30,105 bases of DNA, taken from the IMG/VR virus record IMGVR_UViG_3300033076_001589, positions 1 to 30,105 of that record; one strand, written 5' to 3'. A program made the position numbers and the translations under genes. Origin of the DNA: a virus. Its lineage: Duplodnaviria > Caudoviricetes. The notes under the pieces were generated by a model. The model was given only the letters and a program-made list of their open reading frames with translations. It was not told the origin of the DNA and searched no databases. This document shows positions 16,830 to 25,011 of this stretch, piece after piece; within the stretch, counting starts at the first letter, position 1, and each line of letters opens with the position of its first letter.

Positions 16830-17194
16830 CAGGCGAAGGGTTGGCCGGAACCGTCGCGGGTCACCAGCACGATGTCGCCGATCAGCCACACGCCCAGCAC
16901 GGCGAGCGCGATCAGGTTGCCCAAGGCCAAGGCGGCCACGAAGCACAGCAATTGCAGCAGGCCTGACAGCGTCCGGCCCGCGTAGAAGTTGTGCAGGCCG
17001 GACCCGCCGACGAACAGCGCGAGCAGCAGGTAGGCAAGGCGCGACCGGGGCGGACGGGGCGGCGCATCCGGCGCCGGACCGAGCGGGCTTGCCTTTGCCC
17101 TGGGCCTTGTTCCGAAGACGAAGCCGGGCGGGCGTCCCGATTGCACGGCCAGCTCGGCCGCGGCACAGCGGGGTTCGGAGGTGGATTCGTTCAT
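16829..17194 (-). CDS. TM2-domain (NINE) membrane protein
   Basis: SRLAYLLLALFVGGSGLHNFYAGRTLSGLLQL...VWLIGDIVL. Confidence 0.88.
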   Translation of the reverse strand: MNESTSEPRCAAAELAVQSGRPPGFVFGTRPRAKASPLGPAPDAPPRPPRSRLAYLLLALFVGGSGLHNFYAGRTLSGLLQLLCFVAALALGNLIALAVLGVWLIGDIVLVTRDGSGQPFA

Positions 17195-17559
17195 GGCGCG
17201 ATCGGGGACGCAATTCTGCGTTGCTGCTGGGGCGGCGCAGCACGCATAAGGGTTTCACGCTGCCTTGCCGAGGCCAACTGGTAAACGACGGCCACTGTGT
17301 TCGTGCTTACAAACCGCAGCTCTTCTACGGCCCGAGAGCTGGATTCAATGTGTGGCCAAATGGCATCAACGCAGGTCTTGGACATCTGCGCGATCTGGTT
17401 GGTGACCGTCAGTGTGAGCTGCTCGTGGTTGCTGATCACCTGTTCGCGCAGAACGGCAAGTTCGCGTTCGAGCCTGGCAATCTTCTCGTCGCGTGGATCC
17501 GGTGAGCAGCCGGACAAGCAAACGATTCCGGCACAGACAAGGGGCGTGACAATCTTCAT
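17191..17559 (-). CDS. Putative lipoprotein with coiled coil, 122 aa
   Basis: MKIVTPLVCAGIVCLSGC lipobox; KIARLERELAVLREQ. Confidence 0.7.
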   Translation of the reverse strand: MKIVTPLVCAGIVCLSGCSPDPRDEKIARLERELAVLREQVISNHEQLTLTVTNQIAQMSKTCVDAIWPHIESSSRAVEELRFVSTNTVAVVYQLASARQRETLMRAAPPQQQRRIASPIAP

Positions 17560-17628
17560 GACGTGAGTTGTTCGCAGGTTATTCCGTGGGACGGCGGTTG
17601 ACTGAGGTGGCCCGGACGATGCCGGGCG

Positions 17629-17874
17629 ATGAAGCCCAAGAGGACAAACGATCCCCGGCAACTCAAGTTGGATCTCCGGGTCAGATTGGAACCGGTGCTG
17701 GAGCAGACGGTCATTGGACGATCGAGTGCGGAGGTGGAGTCGCTGGCCCGTGCTCACTACCGCTGGGCGAAGCAACTGTGGGTGTTGCACGAGGTGATGC
17801 AGCGGGACGGGGTGCCATGTGTGCCGGCACCAAGGCCGCGTGTGCCTCCATGCTCGTGTCCCGCGCGGAACTAG
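17629..17874 (+). CDS. Hypothetical protein antisense to the repressor C-terminus
   Basis: MKPKRTNDPRQLKLDL...; protein-like composition, whereas the overlapping repressor tail is low-complexity. Confidence 0.4.
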   Translation: MKPKRTNDPRQLKLDLRVRLEPVLEQTVIGRSSAEVESLARAHYRWAKQLWVLHEVMQRDGVPCVPAPRPRVPPCSCPARN

Positions 17875-18331
17875 GCGGCGGCGGGGGTGGCTGGGAGTAG
17901 CGGGCCCGCGGCGGATCGGCGGCGGGTGCCTCGGCCAAGGCATCCAACATGGAGTGAACCGCAGTGAGGACGCGGCGAAGGCGCCACTCAGGCAGGTCCG
18001 CCATCCGATTGGACAAGTCCCGTTGCCAACTTGGGATCTCATCACGGACCACGGCCGGCGCGTCCCGGTGATCGCCTGGCGACTCGCCTGCTGCATCCCG
18101 AGCCGCGCTGGCGTCGTCCCCGAACAGGTAGCCGATCGAGACGTGCAGAACTTCGCTCAATCTGCGCAAGTGCGCAGGCCTTGGAAGATTCGCATTCCCA
18201 CTCTCCCAGATCTGGACAGAGCGCAGGGAAACCTCCGCAGCACGGGCCAATTCAGATTGAGTGAGCCCCTGTGCGTTGCGGCACCCAATCAGGCGACGGG
18301 CGAACTTCTGCGCCTTTTCTTCACTTTGCAT
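17711..18331 (-). CDS. Prophage repressor, XRE/HTH_3 family
   Basis: RNAQGLTQSELARAAEVSLRSVQIWESG...LSEVLHVSIGYLFG; divergent from the Ner-like gene. Confidence 0.88.
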   Translation of the reverse strand: MQSEEKAQKFARRLIGCRNAQGLTQSELARAAEVSLRSVQIWESGNANLPRPAHLRRLSEVLHVSIGYLFGDDASAARDAAGESPGDHRDAPAVVRDEIPSWQRDLSNRMADLPEWRLRRVLTAVHSMLDALAEAPAADPPRARYSQPPPPPPSSARDTSMEAHAALVPAHMAPRPAASPRATPTVASPSGSEHGPATPPPHSIVQ

Positions 18332-18379
18332 TTGACGTGATGCGTAGTTCTGCGTAATCCTGCATACAGATTACGCGAC
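18332..18379. promoter_or_regulatory. Divergent lysis/lysogeny switch with operators
   Basis: 48-bp gap; TTGACG-N17-TAATCC on +; TGCGTA/TGCGTA/TGCATA at 10-bp period; inverted repeat GCGTAATC-N9-GATTACGC. Confidence 0.7.
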
Positions 18380-18571
18380 ATGACGCCTCAAGCAAGAGCC
18401 AACTACCAGCGCCTCCGGGCTCGGATGATCGAGTCCGGATTCACGGTGCGGTCTTGGGCGGAGTCTCGGGGGTTCGTTCCGAGCACGGTCTATGACTCCC
18501 TTAAGGGTCTTCGGAACGGGGTTGAGGCTCGGAAGATTCAGCGTGCTGCGGAAAGGGCCTTCAATGCCTGA
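18380..18571 (+). CDS. Ner/Cro-like DNA-binding protein
   Basis: GFTVRSWAESRGFVPSTVYDSLKG, similar in pattern to the BcepMu gp16-type family; first early gene. Confidence 0.8.
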   Translation: MTPQARANYQRLRARMIESGFTVRSWAESRGFVPSTVYDSLKGLRNGVEARKIQRAAERAFNA

Positions 18572-18809
18572 CCATCGGACAATCCTCTTCGACCACGTCA
18601 TGCGAACCGCTCAGCAAGAGCCCGTTGCCGTCCGCTCGAATCTCTACCGCGCATTGGCCGAATACGCCGGCAACCCTGATCAGACCGATCAGCTCCTCAA
18701 GCTCGCCGCGGAACTGGAGGCGGTGGACCAGCGGTGCTTCGCCTTTGCCCGCCAGCTCCGCCAAGCCCCCCTCTTCACGGAAACCACCAACGGAGGATTA
18801 GGACGATGA
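18564..18809 (+). CDS. Hypothetical early protein, 81 aa
   Basis: MPDHRTILFDHV...; overlaps the Ner-like stop. Confidence 0.7.
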   Translation: MPDHRTILFDHVMRTAQQEPVAVRSNLYRALAEYAGNPDQTDQLLKLAAELEAVDQRCFAFARQLRQAPLFTETTNGGLGR

Positions 18810-19144
18810 GCACACTTAGAACGGGCGCTCAGGAAGTGGCCGCATGGGTTCGCCTGGGGCTGTTTCGGCTGGAACTGGCACGCCGGGCGGAAGCGGAAGC
18901 GCAACGGCCCAATACGTCTCCATCTCAGCCAGGCGGCTGTCCGCCGCTCCCGGCGGCCAGTGACAGCCCAGCCGGGCCGACAGCCCCGCCAGCATCTCCG
19001 TCTGCACCTGTTGCCGGGCCAGCAGGGAGATCAGTGCCGACTCCAGTTGATGGATGCGTTGCTCCAGCCGTTTCGATTCCTCCGGGGTCATTGGTGGAGG
19101 CTGCCGCGGTCGGCGCAGGCGTCAACGGCGGAGGTGCCCGATGA
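18806..19144 (+). CDS. Coupled Pro/Ala/Ser-rich sense ORF overlapping an antisense gene
   Basis: GGAGG SD, ATGA coupling at both ends, ends in GGAR. Confidence 0.5.
   Translation: MSTLRTGAQEVAAWVRLGLFRLELARRAEAEAQRPNTSPSQPGGCPPLPAASDSPAGPTAPPASPSAPVAGPAGRSVPTPVDGCVAPAVSIPPGSLVEAAAVGAGVNGGGAR
18816..19091 (-). CDS. Antisense hypothetical protein, paralog 1
   Basis: MTPEE...LAGLSARLGCHWPPG...RLAEMETYW; clear similarity to 19166-19447. Confidence 0.72.
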   Translation of the reverse strand: MTPEESKRLEQRIHQLESALISLLARQQVQTEMLAGLSARLGCHWPPGAADSRLAEMETYWAVALPLPPGVPVPAETAPGEPMRPLPERPF

Positions 19145-19575
19145 GCACCACCAACCGCAGTCCGTTCACGGTTCCCGGCGCGGCGGAATGGGAAGCAAGG
19201 GTTCGCCGATTCCGACGGTCGGTGGAACTCCATCGTCTCGCCGAAGGGCTTCCTGAAGATTGGAGTAGTAATCCTCCAGCTCGGCCTGCCGGTGGGTCCA
19301 CGAGCCCGGTGGCCAGTCACAGCCCAGCCGGTCACTCAGGGCCGCCAGCACTTCCAGGGTCAGCCGCTGTTGGGCTTGCAGGGTCACCAACATGGCTTCC
19401 AGCGCGAGGTGCCGATGAGCGGCGTGCTTCCGATCTTCCGGGGTCATGCGGCGAGGTTGTCGTGGCCCTGATGGTGGTCAATGCGCAAGGGGTGGACCAG
19501 CGGTGCTTCGCCTTCGCCCGCCAGCTCCGCCAAGCCCCCCTCTTCACTGAACCGACCCAGGGAGGTGCCCGGTGA
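19141..19575 (+). CDS. Coupled low-complexity sense ORF overlapping an antisense gene
   Basis: GGAGGT SD, ATGA/GTGA coupling; C-terminus duplicates that of 18564-18809. Confidence 0.5.
   Translation: MSTTNRSPFTVPGAAEWEARVRRFRRSVELHRLAEGLPEDWSSNPPARPAGGSTSPVASHSPAGHSGPPALPGSAAVGLAGSPTWLPARGADERRASDLPGSCGEVVVALMVVNAQGVDQRCFAFARQLRQAPLFTEPTQGGAR
19166..19447 (-). CDS. Antisense hypothetical protein, paralog 2
   Basis: MTPED...LAALSDRLGCDWPPG...RQAELEDYY. Confidence 0.72.
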   Translation of the reverse strand: MTPEDRKHAAHRHLALEAMLVTLQAQQRLTLEVLAALSDRLGCDWPPGSWTHRQAELEDYYSNLQEALRRDDGVPPTVGIGEPLLPIPPRREP

Positions 19576-20012
19576 AGCCTCAATGGTCCAATGAGCCCGG
19601 CAACCGCAGCGTGATCGAGCCAGAGATGACCATCGCCGTGCCGATCAGCGCCTGGGAGATGCTGGCCATCGTCACCGGCGGGTTGACGGCCATCAGGGTC
19701 ATCAGGAGGAGCATGCCGATGACGGTCTGGGCGACGTCGAACACCGCCTGTCGCATCCGCGAGTTGCGCCACCACTTGGCCGAGGTGGCCGGATCGTTGG
19801 GCTGGTTCGCGGCGTTCAGCGCGTGCGTGGTCTTCCGCCATTCGTTGGCGGCGGCCATCAGCTTGGACGAGGCGAGCACCAGCGCGCTGATGCCGGCGAT
19901 CACGGCGGCGGCGGCAGTCATGGGGTTGTCGAGCGGCATTGGGATCGGGGTGTTCGTGCGCAGGCTCCGGATGGCCACCCAGGAATGCAACTGCGGAGAC
20001 GCCACCCGCTGA
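19572..20012 (+). CDS. Coupled sense ORF overlapping an antisense membrane-protein ORF
   Basis: GGAGGT SD and GTGA coupling. Confidence 0.45.
   Translation: MKPQWSNEPGNRSVIEPEMTIAVPISAWEMLAIVTGGLTAIRVIRRSMPMTVWATSNTACRIRELRHHLAEVAGSLGWFAAFSACVVFRHSLAAAISLDEASTSALMPAITAAAAVMGLSSGIGIGVFVRRLRMATQECNCGDATR
19580..19939 (-). CDS. Antisense putative membrane protein (about 3 hydrophobic segments; start uncertain)
   Basis: AAAAVIAGISALVLA, TVIGMLLLMTLMAV, ALIGTAMVISG. Confidence 0.5.
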   Translation of the reverse strand: MPLDNPMTAAAAVIAGISALVLASSKLMAAANEWRKTTHALNAANQPNDPATSAKWWRNSRMRQAVFDVAQTVIGMLLLMTLMAVNPPVTMASISQALIGTAMVISGSITLRLPGSLDH

Positions 20013-20033
20013 ATTTCTCCAAGGACGACGGAC

Positions 20034-20198
20034 ATGAAGACACCACACCATCACCTCCTGACGTTTGGCCGGCGCGTGGGCCTCACTCTGGTCGGGCTGA
20101 GCACCGCGCTGATGCTCGCCCTCTTCCTCGGCTTCGCCGGGGGCGCCTTCGTGCGCGGCTGCAACGCCGCCCTCACGGTGGGAAAGGCCGCCCGATGA
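20034..20198 (+). CDS. Small single-TM protein, 54 aa
   Basis: MKTPHHHLLTFGRRVGLTLVGLSTALMLALFLGFAGGAFV...; ATGA coupling to the next gene. Confidence 0.6.
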   Translation: MKTPHHHLLTFGRRVGLTLVGLSTALMLALFLGFAGGAFVRGCNAALTVGKAAR

Positions 20199-20482
20199 AC
20201 CGCCGCACCACCCTGGCACCCCGCGTGCCCGAGACCGTGGCCTTCCGCGTGGAAGTCTGGCCCGCGATGCGTCTCGCCCGCATGGCCGTGGAAGAGATCC
20301 GGAACAACGCCCTGCTCGCGAGCCGGCTGCGCCCCTACGCCGAGCATGCCGCGGCCCATCGGCTCGCCCTGGTCGAGCTGCACACCGCGGCGCGGGAGAT
20401 GCGCCCGCTGATCCGGGCCGTGCTCGCCGCCGGCTGGAACCCCGCGCAATTCCGCCGCCGTCCAACCGGAGGTGCCAGGTGA
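20195..20482 (+). CDS. Hypothetical early protein, 95 aa
   Basis: MNRRTTLAP...GGAR; coupled at both ends. Confidence 0.65.
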   Translation: MNRRTTLAPRVPETVAFRVEVWPAMRLARMAVEEIRNNALLASRLRPYAEHAAAHRLALVELHTAAREMRPLIRAVLAAGWNPAQFRRRPTGGAR

Positions 20483-21735
20483 AGCCGGGAGCCAAGAGCG
20501 CGGCGCCGAACGAACACGGCGTGCTCGCACCCACCGAGACCGTGGTCATCCCCGGCCTGCCCCGCGGCTGCCAGGCCGTGATCCGGCTCTGTGAGCACGA
20601 GGGCGGGTGGCACGTCGGCTACGACTTCAGCTCGCCCAAGGCCGGAACCTCAGGCCCCTGCAAGGTCGGCGTCCGCCGCTGGGCGACCCGTGACACGGCG
20701 CTCGACGTGGGCTTCCGCTGGGCCCGCGGCTTCTTCGATCAGGAGAAGGTCACCGAGGCCGTCCGCATCATCGACCTGCGGATCGGCGACGAACTGCCGG
20801 ACGCGGCGACACCCTCACCCCTCTCGGAGGCCACGCCTCCATCACAGCAACACGTTGGACCCATGGACACCAAGACAGCACTGACCAAACGACCCCTCAC
20901 GTTCCGTCCGCTCAAGGAGCTGACGATCCACCCCGCCATCGCCGACGACCCGCGCATGGCCCCCAAGGACCCGCGCTACGTCGCCATGAAGACGGCGTGG
21001 ACCGAGCAGGGCGGCTGCCCGCCCATCTACGTGACCGCCACCGGCGCGATCGTGGACGGCCGCCACCGCTACTGGTGGCTCGTGGACGCCGGCGAGGACA
21101 CCGCCCCGTGCATCGAGGTCGGCGAAGACGAGGTCTTCACCATCATCCTCGGCGCCATTGCCGGGCGGAACCACCAGACGCAGGGCCAGCGCGCCTACTT
21201 CGCCGCGGCGAAGATCGGCCCGGCGATGCTGGCGGCGAAGGAACGCCGCGAGGAGCAGCTCCGCCGCGGGGGCAAGATCACCCTGCCGCCGCTGCCCACG
21301 GCCGACGAATTCGCGGAGCAGTTGCACCTGGGGCGCAACCTGCTGTTCCAGGCGGCCAAGCTCCACACGCTGTTCACCGACGGGAAGGTGGGGGCGAAGC
21401 TCCGCCAGGAGTGGGAGCCGAAGATCCTGGATCCGCACGAGCCCATCGGCCTGGGCGCGGCGATTGCCGGCATCGCGGGTTCGGGCGCCACCAAGGGCAA
21501 GTTCAAGCCCGACCGCAACTCCGCGCTGAACAACTGGGAGGCCGGCTGGAAGAACCTGGTGAAGCCGGCGCTGCACTTCGTGAAGTGGGATGAGGAGCAG
21601 CGCGACTACGCGGCCGAGACGCTGCGCCGAACGCTCACGAAGCTGCCGGGCGACGTGCTTGAGCTCGTGATCGCGAGCGCCCGCGCCGCGAAGAAGGCCG
21701 TGGACGCGGCGAGTGCGGAACCGACCGCCGAGTGA
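20479..21735 (+). CDS. ParB/Srx-like domain protein
   Basis: LTIHPAI..PRM, PPIYVTATGAIVDGRHR, RNHQTQGQRA, then HTH-like ADEFAEQLHLGRNLL. Confidence 0.8.
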   Translation: MKPGAKSAAPNEHGVLAPTETVVIPGLPRGCQAVIRLCEHEGGWHVGYDFSSPKAGTSGPCKVGVRRWATRDTALDVGFRWARGFFDQEKVTEAVRIIDLRIGDELPDAATPSPLSEATPPSQQHVGPMDTKTALTKRPLTFRPLKELTIHPAIADDPRMAPKDPRYVAMKTAWTEQGGCPPIYVTATGAIVDGRHRYWWLVDAGEDTAPCIEVGEDEVFTIILGAIAGRNHQTQGQRAYFAAAKIGPAMLAAKERREEQLRRGGKITLPPLPTADEFAEQLHLGRNLLFQAAKLHTLFTDGKVGAKLRQEWEPKILDPHEPIGLGAAIAGIAGSGATKGKFKPDRNSALNNWEAGWKNLVKPALHFVKWDEEQRDYAAETLRRTLTKLPGDVLELVIASARAAKKAVDAASAEPTAE

Positions 21736-21765
21736 TCCCCGACCCTCTCCACTGAGCCTCACCCC

Positions 21766-23865
21766 ATGAACGACTTGACCTCCATCGTTGATCCCGACCT
21801 GTCCGCCTGCGCAGCCATTGAACCGCGAGGCGATGCCGGGGAGATGGAGGTCACCCCTCTCCCCACCGCCGCCACGGATCGCCTCCCACAGGACGTGCAT
21901 GCGTGCGGTCTTCCGCCCCTCCCGGCGCCGGCCTGCGATCCGGCGCCGGACTCCGCCCCCGTCTCCGCCGAGCGCCTCACCGAGGCCGGCCGCCGGCAGC
22001 GGCTCGTCGAGCTCTACCGCTCCCTGCAGGCCAGCGGCCGCACCCGCAACCAGGCCGTCGCCGAGATCTGCCGCCATGTGGATGGCGACTGCTCCCGCGC
22101 CACGCTCGACCGGTGGGACGCCCGCTTCACCGCCGGCGGCTTCCCCGCGCTGCTGCCCGAGACGCACCGCTGCGGCCGCAAGTCGGCGATGGCCAAGCTC
22201 CGCGAATCCCTGGGCGACGTGACCGTGGGCGAACTCATGCGGCAGGCCCGCGGCCTCGCCCACGACACCCAGAGCGAGGTGATGGCGCTCCGGATGCTCG
22301 CCCACTCGCCCATCGCCCCCGAGCCGCTGGCCCAGCTCGTGGACTACGCCGCGCACGGCGGCCGCCGCAGCAGCAAGCACGCGCTGCCCCCGAGCGTGCG
22401 CGACGAGCTGCGCCGCAACCCCGCGTTGGCCCTCCGCCACCAGGGCCCGCGCGCCAGCGCCCTCCGCGGCTTCTGGATCCCGCGCAAGGTGGACATCCTG
22501 CCCGGCGACGTGTGGACCTCCGACGACACCACGCCCATCTGGGGCTGGTGGGTGCCGTGGCCGCACGCGCTCGGCAACCCGGCGTTCCCCAAGGCGAGCT
22601 GCGAACACCGCTTCGGCGTGAAGCTCCTGCAGGGCCAGCTCCTGCCGCTGATGGACGTGGCCTCGAACGCCATCTTCAGCGTCGCGCTGATCGCCCGCGA
22701 GACCAGCGCCTACCGGGCGAGCGACATCTGGGCCATGTTCGGCCGGGCCTTCCAGCTCTACGGGCTGCCGCGCCTCGGCTTCCAGCTCGAACGCGGCTCC
22801 TGGGAGGCCAACCTGATCCGCGGCCAGAAGGTCGAGACCGAGGTCGAAGGCATCCCGCTCGAACGCCGCGTGGGCGGCCTGCGGATGCTGCCGACCAACG
22901 TGACCGACTGGCACCGGCAGACGCACGGCGCCGACTTCGCCTTCCCCGGCACGCTGCAGACGTGGACCAGCTACCTGCCCAAGTCGAAGCCGGTCGAAGC
23001 GGCCTTCGACCGGATGCAGACGCTGGAGGGGACGCTGTGGGGGAACCTCGGCCGCGACCAGATGCGCCGGCCGAACGAACGGGCGAAGCGGCAGTTCGAG
23101 GCGTGCCGCCGCGGCAGCGCCGATCCCCGCGAGCACTTCCTCAGCGGCACCGAGCTGATGACGCGCCTCAAGGGCCTGATCGAGTTCCTGAACAGCGAGC
23201 CGATGGAAGGCGAAGTCTTCAAGGGCGTGCCCCGGCTGCTGTGGGAGCAGGGCCTGCGGGAGCATCCGCTCCGGCACCTGCCCGACGCGGAGAGCTACCT
23301 GTTCCGCCGCTCCTGGCACGTCACCAAGGTGACCCGCGGCTGGGTGACCGCGCGCTTCACGGATGCGCAGGGCGAGCGCGCCCTCGCGCGCTACTGCAAC
23401 CCTGAGCACTTCCCCGCACTCGAAGGCCGCGAGGTGGCCGCCTACTTCGACAGCGAGGCGCCCGACGAGCCGGCCCAGATCCACGACGCGGCGACCGGGG
23501 AGTTCCTCTGCACGGCGGAGGGCTTCGGCGCCCGCGGCCTGTTCCTCGATCACAGCCGCGACGGCCACGAGCTGAAGCGCCGCTACAACCAGGCGCTGAC
23601 CACGCTCTACGGCGACATCGCGGCGACGGCCCCGAGCCGGCAGTTGCCCGCGGAGATCAAGGCCCGGCGGGAAGCGGCCGGCGGCACGCCCGAGGACGCC
23701 GCGGCAGCCCCGCGGCCGGAGGACGGCCGCACCGTGGCCCCGGCCCGGCCGGCGGCCATCCGGAGCGCGAACGCCTTCGCGCCCGTGACCCAGGACGACT
23801 TCGCCTCACGGATCGCCAAGCAGCGGCGGCGCCAGGCGGCGCTGGCCGCGACGGACGCGGACTGA
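21766..23865 (+). CDS. Mu-like DDE transposase A
   Basis: N-terminal HTH (SRATLDRW), GDVWTSDDTT, LMDVAS, YGLP, SKPVEAAF; followed by an AAA ATPase. Confidence 0.9.
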   Translation: MNDLTSIVDPDLSACAAIEPRGDAGEMEVTPLPTAATDRLPQDVHACGLPPLPAPACDPAPDSAPVSAERLTEAGRRQRLVELYRSLQASGRTRNQAVAEICRHVDGDCSRATLDRWDARFTAGGFPALLPETHRCGRKSAMAKLRESLGDVTVGELMRQARGLAHDTQSEVMALRMLAHSPIAPEPLAQLVDYAAHGGRRSSKHALPPSVRDELRRNPALALRHQGPRASALRGFWIPRKVDILPGDVWTSDDTTPIWGWWVPWPHALGNPAFPKASCEHRFGVKLLQGQLLPLMDVASNAIFSVALIARETSAYRASDIWAMFGRAFQLYGLPRLGFQLERGSWEANLIRGQKVETEVEGIPLERRVGGLRMLPTNVTDWHRQTHGADFAFPGTLQTWTSYLPKSKPVEAAFDRMQTLEGTLWGNLGRDQMRRPNERAKRQFEACRRGSADPREHFLSGTELMTRLKGLIEFLNSEPMEGEVFKGVPRLLWEQGLREHPLRHLPDAESYLFRRSWHVTKVTRGWVTARFTDAQGERALARYCNPEHFPALEGREVAAYFDSEAPDEPAQIHDAATGEFLCTAEGFGARGLFLDHSRDGHELKRRYNQALTTLYGDIAATAPSRQLPAEIKARREAAGGTPEDAAAAPRPEDGRTVAPARPAAIRSANAFAPVTQDDFASRIAKQRRRQAALAATDAD

Positions 23866-23895
23866 GGACGACGGAACGATCGGAGGAACGACACA

Positions 23896-25011
23896 ATGGA
23901 CGACACCAACACCCCCGCCGGCACCATCCGGCCCGACTACGACGGTCCCATGATCAAGTGGGACGACGTGACCATCGCCCACGAGGCCGAGCACATGCCC
24001 GGCGAGCTCCGCGAGCTCTACGTGTGGCTGAAGGTCTTCACCCGCGAGCACTGCCACAAGGACGTGGACATGCTGGTCTCGCGCTTCCGCGAGCTGGGCA
24101 TCCACCGCGACAAGACCACCTGGTCGAAGATCCTCCGCGGACGCTGGAAGCGCGACGCGCGCGGCGACGAGACGGTCAACCCCGTGGTGGCGGCCGACAA
24201 GCTCGTCGAGGAGATCGGCGCGCTGCGCACCAACCAGCGCATCGAGTCCATGCGCGGACTCGTGCCCTTCGTGGAGACCACCACCTGGGAGGCCATCGCC
24301 GGTCTCATTGACCAGCGGCGCACCGCGGCGCGGGTGAACAAGTGGGGCATCATCGTGGGCGCGACCGGCAGCCAGAAGACCGCGTGCATGCGGGAGTATC
24401 GCCAGCGGCACAACCACGGGACGACCGTGCTGGTCGAAGCGCCGGAGCGCGGCAGCTTCGGCGAGTTCCTCCGCGTGCTCTCGCGCTGCTACGGGCTGAG
24501 CTCCAAGGCCAACACCACGGACATGCGGGCGCACATCATGCACCGGCTCTCCCTGGGCACGGCCACCGAGCGGGCGCAGCGCTGTGTGATCGTGGACAAC
24601 GCCCAGGAGCTGTGGCTGGGCGAGCGCGACAGCGATCAGCCGGCCTTCACCTTCCTGCGCCGGCTGCAGGACACCACCGGCTGCACCATCATCCTGTGCA
24701 TCACGCCGCTGTTCGAGCGGCGGCTGGTGGCGGGCATGATCGAGGGCTGGTTCGAGCAGATCGAAGGCCGGAGCGGCGGTCGCAACCGCTGGCTGCGCCT
24801 GCCCGAGTGGGCACCCGACGAGGACGTGCTGGCCATCGCCAAGGCGTTCGGCCTGCGCGACGCGAAGGCGCACCTGAAGGAGCTGGTGAAGATCAGCCGC
24901 GAGCCGGGGCGCATCCGCCGGCTGTTCGAGGACCTGCAGGAGGGCAAGCTGCTCGCCGGCAGGGATCCCTTCACCTGGGGCCACATCCTGGAAGCAAGGG
25001 GGGAGGCATGA
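23896..25011 (+). CDS. Transposition AAA ATPase (MuB-like)
   Basis: IIVGATGSQKT (Walker A-like), CVIVDNAQ (Walker B-like), LRRLQD; SD GGAGG. Confidence 0.88.
   Translation: MDDTNTPAGTIRPDYDGPMIKWDDVTIAHEAEHMPGELRELYVWLKVFTREHCHKDVDMLVSRFRELGIHRDKTTWSKILRGRWKRDARGDETVNPVVAADKLVEEIGALRTNQRIESMRGLVPFVETTTWEAIAGLIDQRRTAARVNKWGIIVGATGSQKTACMREYRQRHNHGTTVLVEAPERGSFGEFLRVLSRCYGLSSKANTTDMRAHIMHRLSLGTATERAQRCVIVDNAQELWLGERDSDQPAFTFLRRLQDTTGCTIILCITPLFERRLVAGMIEGWFEQIEGRSGGRNRWLRLPEWAPDEDVLAIAKAFGLRDAKAHLKELVKISREPGRIRRLFEDLQEGKLLAGRDPFTWGHILEARGEA

Larger units (their letters stand above)
18722..19547. repeat. 57-bp direct repeat pair (18722-18778 and 19491-19547, 1 mismatch)
   Basis: GGTGGACCAGCGGTGCTTCGCCTT(T/C)GCCCGCCAGCTCCGCCAAGCCCCCCTCTTCAC. 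Confidence 0.95.

Noticed and set aside
19841-19860. AANE in the antisense membrane ORF and AANAE in Gam as protease sites
   Set aside because: Non-structural proteins; probably chance in Ala-rich sequence
20842-23568. 908-aa minus-strand ORF
   Set aside because: Shadow of the ParB-like and transposase genes; no motifs
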